Source: Paramoeba atlantica
Lineage: Eukaryota; Protista; Discosea
Length of the DNA: 64,000 bases
Assembly (NCBI GenBank): GCA_977017575.1
Contig: CDRNVI010000169.1
Span: forward strand, 62,001-126,000
Direction: 5' to 3'
Below, piece after piece: positions 1 through 9,800 of the stretch. The notes beneath the pieces were generated by a model. It did no database searches. It saw only the letters and a list, made by a program, of their open reading frames with translations, and was not told the DNA's origin. Position 1 is the first letter of the stretch, and the number at the start of each line of letters is the position of its first letter. The position numbers were made by a program, and so were the translations under genes.

Positions 1-12
1 CCATTTTGTTTC

Positions 13-480
13 TCAAAGACTAAGTTTTTCAAACAACACAAAACCCAAAGTTTGGGAAAAGGAAAGTTCGAAACAACAACGAGACTCCCAAAAAAAAAAG
101 TCGACTTTTCTTTGGAGGGTCGAAAAAAAAGGTCGACTTTTTTCAAGAGGATTCATTCTTTTCATTTTCAACTGGGAACTGAAATTGGCCATCACCTTGA
201 TCAATTGATCCTTTTCTTCCACCGATTGAGAGTTAAGAATTAAACTGAATGGGTTGATAAAATGCATCAACAACAAGTCTTTTAATCAACTTTAATTGTT
301 TTTGGGGTGCTTTTCCTCATTTGTCAAGTCAAAGAGAAAGAAAAGAATGGTTCTTTTCAGAAAACATCCAGCTTCGAAAATAAATATAACCCCACGAAAC
401 AGGGTTTGTTGATCAGAACGAAAACTATGGTCCATATCATCTGGTCGCATGCCTGATTGTGACCCTGAATGAAAAACCAA
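13..480 (-). CDS. Possible exon fragments of an unidentified gene running off the window start, or a C-terminal extension of the Ras-like gene
   Basis: Coding-like composition with candidate AG/GT boundaries (e.g. NWFFIQGHNQACDQMIWTIVFVLINKPCF; KQLKLIKRLVVDAFYQ). No family recognised and the frame is not resolved. Confidence 0.25.
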
Positions 481-566
481 TTTCTATCATTCTTTTTTTT
501 TTGAAAGCCAACCCAACCTTACTTTCACTTTTCAGTCTTTTAAAGAAAATGGAACCTCTGCTTTGG

Positions 567-1269
567 CTAGCGAGCTCTTTTGATCATTAAAAGGTCGACT
601 TTTCTCGCCCTCGTGGGATCATAAATTTGTTGGCTAATTGTCTCAAATGCTTCAAAAACTCTTTCTCCGTTCAATGCACTTGTCTCAAAAAAAGGAATAC
701 TCCATTCCCTTGCCAAAGCTAATCCCTCTTCAAGAGAGACTGTTCTCTTTGGTAAATCACATTTGTTTCCGACCAAAATAACCTCACTTCTTTTCTTTTC
801 CTTGCTCTTCCCACCACAACAGAATTCCAAATGTTTTTTCGCTTCGTCGAAAGAATCACTTGAATTGATGGAGTAGACTATCACAAAACCCTCAGAATAA
901 AAATTTTTCTTGGGAGGTGAATCTGATCATTTTCAAAAATTGATTACTCTGAGAAGAATTTTGAGGAAACAGAAAAAAATGTGATACAATCTTGAACCTC
1001 CAAGATCAGGCTCCCTACCCCAAAACTGAACATTTTCCGAGTAGCTGAATCCTGTTTCAAAACAATTCATTTGTTGAATAATAGAAGCGAAAACATCCAA
1101 CATTATTTTGTCAAACCATTGAACCACAATGAGGTTCGGGGCTGTCGTACAGGAGACGACTTCTCAAACAGGATTTTCCACATCCTGGCATTCCCAACAT
1201 CATAACACTTGCACTGATATACCTACCTCCCTCTATCTCGATCTCTTTCTTTGAACTGCGAGACCCCAT
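567..1269 (-). CDS. Atypical Ras-superfamily small GTPase, 3 exons, N-myristoylation-type start, no CAAX
   Basis: ATG at 1269 gives MGSRSSKK. G1 is GMPGCGKS, G4 is VILVGNKCD, G5 is FFETSA, and GFVIVYSINSSDSF matches Ras beta4. The middle exon frame is ambiguous. Stop at 567 (KRAR*). Confidence 0.85.
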
Positions 1270-1648
1270 AACAAGAGCGAGAAAACTCTGAAACTGCTGC
1301 AGTGAAAGCGAAAGCAAAAACTTTCAAAAGACAAAAAAAAAAAAGAAAAATCAAAAAGCGACTTTCTCCACCATTTTTTCCCCTCTCAGGGTCCAATTTG
1401 ACTCAACAAAATAAAATTTTTACATAATTTACTCACAAAAACGAAATCGTTCTCATCTCATCTCATCTTACGAGAACAGAACAAAGACTGTTCTTGGATT
1501 CTCCTCAAGCCATTATGTCTCAGACAAAAGATCGTGATTGGATGGGAAGGAAGCGGGAGTGGGGGGGGGTTATTGATTTTGTGGTGCCCGAAACCTCGCA
1601 GAAGACAATAGAGAAAAATCAATCGAGAACTTTTTCCACCAAAACCTC

Positions 1649-3280
1649 TCATTTCAAGCCTTTTTTTTGTTTCTCTTTTGAAGTGATCGTCGCCAGTGTT
1701 TCAAGAGAAACAGATGGAGGAAGAGAGGGAGAGGGAGCTGCTGAAAAAGGAGATCGCCTTGCTGGAAAGAGAATTGCATCAGAGAGAAGGGTGGAAAGAG
1801 AGAAGAGAGAAGAATCAAACCTGAGGGAGTTCTTTGTCGATCTGACTGGAATCTCGAGACGTTTGGACTAAAGAAAAAGTCTTAGAGTTAAAAAAAAAAT
1901 GGAGAGAGATGGGAAGGTGTGAAGGGGTTCTTGAAAATCAGACCTTGGTTTGCTTTTATTGGATTCAACCAAAACTTTTGTTAAGTCCTATAATATCTTG
2001 TGAGATCACTTGTCTTCAAAAAGAAAGAAAAAAGAAGGGACTCACCTCAGTTGATGTAGATGAAGTTGAAGAAGGAGACGAAGAGGAGGGAGAAGAGACA
2101 GAATTTGAAGGGGTAAAAGAGAATACAGAATTTGGAAGACATGAAAAGATGTCTCTCCCATTTTCTGAACTCTTTTGTCGTTTTTGTGAAGGTGAACTAT
2201 CGAAAGGGAAAAATAAAGGAGAAAGGAAAGAACAGGTAAATAAAAAAAGACTGCTTGTTCAAAATGAAAGCAAACAAACTCCATGATCCCACGTCTCTCA
2301 GGTACAGTACTCGATAATTGGTGGGTTCTCTCTTCTGAAAAAGATTGGGAATTTTTTTTCAGTCAGGCCCTCAATTACTCCAAACAATAAAACAAACCTC
2401 TTTTTCTTTTTGAAGTTGCAACCACTGGAGCTGATTCGACTGTTTTCTCTCTATCTTTCTCTCTTACGTTTTGATCACTCCTTTTCCCTCTTTTTTCAGG
2501 CTCTTTTACTTTTTCTTCTCTTTTCTCTTTTTCTTTTTCTTTTTCTCTTCTCTCGATTTCCTTTTTCCCCTTTTTTCCCTCTGTTTCCTCTATTTCCTTT
2601 TTCTCACTCTTTTCCTTTCGAGTTGAAGATTCTTTCTTTCCTTCTCGGTCTCTTGACATCACTTCTTTTGGTTTTTCTTCCGTATTTTTGACCTTCCCCC
2701 AAACACCAAACACATCTAACTCATTGTTTTTCTGTCTTATTTTGGAAGGAGTTAGAGGTTGTGTAGAAATCTTTCTTTGTTTTGCTGTGGTAACTCCTTT
2801 TCCGACTAAAATTTAATTCAAACATTAGAAAACCATTAAAATCCTAATATCTTGAGGCGATTGATCGTGCAAAAAAAGAAGAAAAATTCTTCAAAACGAA
2901 AGAGGAAAGAAAGAAAACCTATTTTCTTGTCTGAGCGAAGAGCACGAAGGGCAGGATTCGTATTGTCACAATCAATTGATGTCCAATCTGGTTTGAACGA
3001 AAAAAATAAAAGAGTGGTGAAAATCAACAAAGAGAATCAAGGAGAAAAAAAGAAGAAGAAAAGGGGGCTTACCTTTCGCAAGACCAACAAAACATCGTTG
3101 AGGGGTTTCTTCCAAGGGATTATATTCGAGGAGGTTTCCATGAGAAGGAAGATTCTGTAAACAAGCCAAAGTCTTTCTCATTTCTTCCTTACCTTCTCTT
3201 CTTTGTAAGAGATTTTTTTCTTCCCCCTCCTCCTTTCCTTTCTCCTCTCCTTCTTGTTCTTTCTCCGAAGAGGAGTCCAT
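1649..3280 (-). CDS. Uncharacterised multi-exon Lys/Glu- and Ser-rich protein with a possible DDA1-like N-terminal motif
   Basis: Phase-compatible exon chain from MDSSSEK (3280): ...LQNLPSHGNLLEYNP...GLAK|DWTSIDCDNTNPALRALRSDKKI|VGKGVTTAKQRK...|VIEGLTEKKFP...|DSPSQKRQK...STE| with GTAAGC and GTGAGT donors. The 3' end is uncertain. Confidence 0.55.
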
Positions 3281-3415
3281 CAGGTTCAGAGAGCCTCTCA
3301 AAAAAACCGCCAAAAAAACAAAGTCATTTCCCCAATTTTTTGGGCTAGAAAATAGATCTCTTTTTTTTTATTTTTTATTTCTTTTTTTTCACAATTTCAT
3401 TCCATCACATGATGC

Positions 3416-4754
3416 TCATACATTACCAATTCCCAAGAGACAAGTTCCTTTCCAAAATTGTTAGTTTGTTTCGAAAGGGTTGTCTCGAAAATTGAAATAT
3501 TGAAAAAAATCACCTGAGACAGAGGACCCATCTTTCACAACCAAATCAATGTACGCTTTTCGAACACTCTCTCTTTCTTGAGGTGAAAAATGCAAACGTA
3601 AAGTTTCTTCGATCGCGGGGAACCCCTCACTCAATCCTAAGAGAGAAAATATTTTTGAATATCATTTTCGAGTTTCAACAAAATGAAATAGAAAGGAGAA
3701 TCAATCGAAGAAGAAACCATCCCAAAGAGCTCCAGGGTCTTCAACATGAAAAGTTTTTCGAATTGGAACAATTTGCACTTGATTGAGTCCAGCAGCCTCC
3801 ATCTTTGTTTGGAATTCAGATTTGTCAGCCAAAGAAAATGCTGGGCTGATTGTTTTTGGTCGGGGAAGGTCAGGTTTAATCATCAACAGCGATTTGTTGC
3901 TCCTAAATCGAGAATTCCCATTGTTCAACATTAAATATTTCAAAGAGAGAATTTTAGAAAGGGTGTTACTTGTGAATCCATTCAACAGATTTTGGTTGGT
4001 CCCAAACTCCAATAAAAACTTTCCCATTTGGTTTGACAACTCGCCTCATCTCACTTATCCCCTTTGATGAAAAAGTTTCAGCAAAAATCTTCAAAGAAAT
4101 TTTTCATTCAAGTAAGAATGAACCTTCACTTGGTCTTCAAAAAAGATTGCAGAAAACATGGCAAAAGCATTGTCAAACGTATTATCATCAAATTCAAGAG
4201 ACTTGAAAAAAATATTCCTTAAGTGGAAGGAATATTCTCAATGATGAGCCGAAAAAAGAAGGAAGAGACCAACCTGGCCATCCATTACAAATGATTTCAG
4301 AGTTCCTTTCAGTTTGTTATTATGAGAGCACCTTTGATTTAAGCGAGCAATCATTTCAGATGAAAAATCTGTGGCTGTCACATCATACCCCTGCTCTGCT
4401 GCTAGAACCGAGAGGGCTCCTGTGTTTTAAATGAATTTTTTATTCCTATTTGTTCATTTTTCTTTTTCTCTCACTTTCGAGGATGTGATATAGTCAAGTG
4501 AAAAAGGTCTGACCTGAACCAGCGCCAACATCAAGAATGTGACCTTTCTCCTTCTGTGAAGAATCGGAACCCAAGAGAGAAAGAACTTCAGAAGCATAAC
4601 TCCTGAATTTTTGGTCAAAAGTTTGGTCATAGGACTCAGCAGCTTTATTCCATGCTTGTGCCTCCCAATCTATTTGTCTTTCAAAACAAGAAAGAGAAGA
4701 TGAAAGGGACAAAGAAGAGGAGGAAGAAAAGCTTCGGCGGAGAAGGCCAAACAT
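3416..4754 (-). CDS. Class I SAM-dependent methyltransferase (Methyltransf_11/UbiE-like) with a probable mitochondrial presequence
   Basis: MFGLLRRSFSSSS presequence-like start. Motif I ILDVGAGS|GALSVLAAEQGYDVTATDFSSEMI; VMDGQ|SLEFDDNTFDNAFAMF; GISEMRRVVKPNGKVFIGVW. GT-AG exons end in GTCLLGIGNV* at 3416. Confidence 0.9.
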
Positions 4755-4951
4755 GTTTTTCTCAAAAAAAAAAAACTAAGAAAATTAAAAGATCGAATTT
4801 GTTGTTCAAATTAGAAGAAACGCGGGGTTTTCCTGCAAACAAGTTTTCTCAAAAATCAAATTCGGTCTCACATTTTTTTTTTCAACTGTTTTTTTGTTGT
4901 TGTTTTGTGTCTGCAGACCGGGTGGGGAAAACACCACCCCCAAATGAAAGG

Positions 4952-6800
4952 ATGATTGCGGAAACTTTGGATTTCCTCGAAAGACATGTCATTCAAACCA
5001 TTGGAGAGAAGGTTTTTTCTTGAAAACTCTTTGAAGATCGCTTTTCAAACAATATTCCTTTGACAATTCCTTTTCAGGAATGGAAAAGGATTTTCGTCAA
5101 AGTTGCAGGTTCAACTGAGGCTCTTAAATCACATATGGCGCTCATCTTAGGTCTTCTTTCTTGGATTCCCTTTTCCTTTCCCTTCCCTCCCCCCACCCCC
5201 CCCCTTTTTTTTTTCTTCCTCTCAATTCAAGTATTCGATGTGATTAGTGAACAATCTGTTTCGGGAAGTGTCCGAGGCGACAGGTACCCCAATGGACGCT
5301 CTTTTGTTTGAGGTTTGAATTTTTTTATGAATGCAATTGATTTAAGAAAGAAACATCAAAAAAAATGTTTCCTCTACCAGGCAGGACAAATCTGGATGCA
5401 AACTTTCAGTCTACAATCAGAGAGATTTGCATATCTCTTAGATGCTGCTTGTAGTGCCTCACTCTTCAATGCCTTTCATTTTTTGAATCAATGTTTTATT
5501 TATGGGAAAATTAAACAGTGCAATGGTTTTCTTCTTTTTTTGTGAGTTTTTCGTCGCTTCTGATCTCAATTTTCTTCTCAGGACAAAATTTCCCTTTCAT
5601 CCTCCCGCTGAGAACAGAGAAACCGGAAGAAGAAGACCAGCAGAAGAGTGGATCTCTTCTCAGTCATTCAGAAAAAAATTCGATTACTACTTCTGCAAGT
5701 CCTCCCTCCTCCATACCTGTCAGCAATAGTTTTCCTTCAGCCAGACCTTCCTCTACAGAACTACCTTCCTTATCCGTTACAACTTCCCCCTCTTCTCCCC
5801 TTAGATCTCCTGGAACTCATATACCCCGCCTTAGTATTCTCGGAGCCTCCTCTTTTCGATCTGGTTCTTCCCTTGGATCTCCTGAATCTCCACTCCGACC
5901 TTCATCTCCTTTGGAAAGGGATCTCTCGTCAAGTGATTTCCACAAAAGCTTATCTCCAGTGGGCCCTCGCTTACACACAGCACTTGCTGTAACTGTCGAA
6001 AGAGTTTCTCAGGAGCACAAAAGGGACGTAACTCAACACGGCTCAAAAACCAAAAAAGCCTACCGCCTTTCAGGTTCACTTAAGATCAATCAAGGAGATG
6101 AACGAGGAAGAAAAAGATCAAAATCATCTTCTCATGCTGATGAAAATCTTTCCACACCAAAGCCCGCATCTCCCCCGTCCCAATCTCTTTCGGAAACTCT
6201 TGAACCACAAAACGAAAAAAGTATCGAAAAAAGAATCACCACCAAAAAGAAATCATCTATGTCTCTCATTTCGAAAAGAAAAATCAAAAATACCGACTCC
6301 AAAACACCTCCAAAGATGAAAATACAGATTGACACTGTCCAGGATGGGAAAAAAATAGGGTTTGTAGTCAACTTTCCAGACATTATTTTATATTTTTCGT
6401 TCTTTCTTCTTAAATTATTTATTCTTTTCTCGATGTAGAGGTAAATCACGATTGCTCAGTGTAGATAGAGTTAAAAGAAGAAAAAAGAAGGAAAATCCCC
6501 CTCATCGTGGAGGAAAATCTCCCGATAAAAGGAAATCAAGACGCACGACAAAATCATCAAAGAAGAAGTCAGTCTCTTTAGCTGTTCGGGTGGTACCTGC
6601 TATGAGTGGCCCAGCAAGTAATATTCACTTTATTATGGGTGCTTTATTTGAGTTTGTTCAGGTATGAAAAAAAAGAATTGAACCATTTTTTTTTTATTTT
6701 ATTTTTTTCTGATTTTTTTTTGATAGTCTTATTTCCAAGCCTTTGTCGAAGTGAAAGTTAAAATTCTTGAGGAGTCACCAATTGAAGAGAAGTCACCAAT
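4952..6800 (+). other. H-NOX/HNOB-like domain interrupted by a ~280 aa Ser/Pro/Lys-rich insertion
   Basis: MIAETLDFLERHVIQTIGEK|EWKRI resembles sGC beta1 [38 protein letters not shown] resembles ILQMFGKMFFVF. FIMGALFEFVQSYFQAFVEVKVKIL resembles [23 protein letters not shown]. Alignments are by eye against remembered sequences. Confidence 0.7.
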
Positions 6801-9800
6801 TTTTAACAGTACTAATATCTCTCGTGATCGTGGAGATCAGATTCTCCAATTTACTTGGAAAGAAGTACCGAGTAATATTGAACTTGTCACAAAGTTGAAA
6901 CAAATGACACAAAGAAGGATTGAAAAAAATACGGTTTTGGCGCCTCCATCACTTTTTCTTTTATCCTGGTTTCTTTTCTTTTCTTTTTTAAAGTTCTCTC
7001 TGGTGAGGGAGAATTGAGAAATTATTAATATGGTGATTCGTTTGAATCACTCCTCAGATTTCGGCTTACAAATTCATAATAGGAACGATTTTCTTGTGAA
7101 AGAATTTCCATTTCATGTTTTACTCAATCAAGAAGGTGTGATTAAACATCTCGGCAGAAATCTCAAATTGTTATTTCCAACTCTTTTGGGGGATGATTAT
7201 ACCTCATATATGACAATTCTTTATCCAAATGTGTATGTGAATGGAGATGCTGATCTTTCTGTTCTCAGTTTTGACCATTCCTCTGGTTCTTTTTTCTCTC
7301 TTTCAGAAAGAAAAAGAAAGTTTTTTGAATTTTTGAATTTTTGATTTCGTCTTGCAGAGGGGATTGTTCAATTATCTACAGAAGATTCTCTTCGTGATTT
7401 GGTGAATACATCTTTGGTTACAAGTATGAGTGATTTGTTTTGAATCAAATTTCTGTTGTTATTGAAAGTACTTCAAATTTTAACTTTCATTTTTATTTAG
7501 TCACATTGCGAGGATACTTTTTCCGCCAACCAAAAGGATATATCCTCTTTGTTGGAGCACCACTTTTAAAACTCTCAACTGATTTAGAAGCGTTGTGTCT
7601 TGATCCGGAAGAACCGTTCTCTCCCCACGACACAGCTATCCGCTATTTGGCACAGATAAAAGGAAAAGCCTTGAATGAAGAAGTTCTCTTTCCCTCTTTC
7701 CCCTCTTTTTTCTTTTCCTCACCTCTGAAGTGAAACCTGATTATTTATTATCTCTTCCTTTTCTCTTTAGGTTGGTGCAAGACCAGACTTTAAAAAAAGA
7801 GCTGCAGAAGTGGGTCATCAGGTTGTTCCTATGGGATGGCAAATGGGGAAAAGGTCAGGAGATCGATTGAGAACAGCACTTGGTTCTAGATTGTCCCAAG
7901 AAATTGAAGTGGATCCTGTGTTTCTCCAAGAACAAGATGATCAACCTCAAGAACAGGGAATTGTTGTGGAAAGAGAGAGAATGGAAGAAGGTGACGAAGA
8001 GTCGAAGATGATTCTTGGTGAGCTTGAGCTTCATCAATCGATTATCGATGAATTGTTTCCATTTCATTTTCGTGTGAGTTCGGATATGATGGCGATTGGG
8101 ATTGGTCCTGCTCTACAGAAGGTGTTTCCTGAATTTTCTTTTCATTCCCCATTTACGATTAGTCAAGCGATTTCAATTGTTTCTCCAAAAGAAATTTGTG
8201 GTCCTTTTTCGACTGAACCTTTCCTTTATGATTTCAAAAATTCAAATATTGTTCTTTCTGTTCAGGTACTTTTTTTATTATTATTATATTCTTTCTCTCT
8301 TTTCAATTTGAAACTTATCCATGATTGTAGAACCGTGATAAAAAAATCACGCTTCGAGGAGCAGTTTATTGTTGTTCAGTGCCAGTTTCATTGGGGAGTT
8401 GGATGTTTGATCAAACTGCCTCTGTTGAGATCTTTTATTTTCTCTGTTCTCCAGTGTTTACTTCACTCAAAGCAGTGAGTAATCTCAATCTTTCTTTGCT
8501 CGATTTCTCAGCCCACGAGCCAGTTGCTTCTCTTCTTTTAGGAGATATCGCAAGTGATCAACGAAAGGTGCCAGTTTCCTTTTGTGGAGTCCAAAAGGAA
8601 GTGCTTTGTTCAATGTCCTTGAAGGTCCGAACGGTTCTCCGTTTTCTTGCATTGAAATTTAACATTCCTCAATCAATTCGAAAGTCATTTGGTCTTCTTG
8701 CATTTGATGGGATTTCCTATTTAAACAATGACAAAACGTTCAATGAAGTTTGGGCATCAGGGAAAATTACACTCTGTCCTCTTCCAACTGCATCACTCCA
8801 AACACACATAGTTTATGGCCATTCAAATACAATTAACAATCTTTTACAAATGGGGGCGGGTAATTTGGGGGCGATTTTTGAGAACCAAAATACTATTTTA
8901 CATGAGTATTGTGCAATTGACCGGGTTGATCTTTTTGCTAAATTTTTGGGTTTGCCTGATGCTATTAAATGGGTTCGTAATTTGAATTCGAGTGGCGATA
9001 CCCCTTTGGTTTGTATTTTTTTATTTGTTTATTTTTTTTATTTGTTTATTATTTTTTGTTTATTATTTTTTGTTTATTTGTTTATTTGTTTATTTTCTTT
9101 GATTTCTTTTGTTGAATTTATGTTTTTCTTTTCTTTTCTTTTTTCTTTTTTTTTTTGCAGGCTGTGGCTTGTAGATGTCGGTCTGTTAAAGTTTTGCCAA
9201 TCCTTGTTCAGTTTTTAAAAGGCTCCGATTTTCAAAATTGTAGGTTCACCATTTTTCTTATTTTTTCTATTTTTTTTCTATTTTTTTTCCCTTCTGCCTC
9301 ATTCATTTTTTTTTATTCAAAAAAACCAAAAGACAAGTTGTCGGAACAATGAACAGAAGTTTCGATCATGCGAAATATATCACTTCTCTTCATTTATTGT
9401 GTAAATATCCTTGGCCACCTGAACATGAAGTTCTTTTTTATGATATTTTGCATAATATCACTGAAAAGAATACCTCTTTGCAATGGGAAATTGCAAAAGG
9501 TTTTGTTTTGTTCATTATTTGTTTGTTTATTTATTTTTATTTATTTTTTGGGATTTTTTTTCTTTTCAAATAGACAAGAGAGTGGAAGGGTATCCTCTCC
9601 ACTGGGCAGCAGCGTACGGAAATGGTTTCGCTTTCCGTTTTTTGGTTCGATCAAGAGGACAAAATATAAATCATCGCTCTCCTTTTCAGGAGACTCCTTT
9701 GTGGGTTGCTGCTGATAATGCCAACTGGACTTGTTTTTTGGGTATTTTTTCATTTTCCTTTTTTTATTCTTTAATTGAGGGGTTTCTTTTGTGCACTCTT

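Noticed and set aside
95-145. Repeated GTCGACTTTT motif (also near 594)
   Set aside because: Short, partly within coding sequence, and no positional pattern.
570-960. A class of 23-25 nt tiny introns in the Ras-like gene
   Set aside because: An alternative model with ordinary 60-70 nt introns fits the phases, and other genes show no clear tiny introns.
1494-2286. Plus-strand ORFs 1494-1871 and 1909-2286, and antisense ORFs over the USP and htt exons
   Set aside because: They are antisense shadows of better-supported genes on the other strand.
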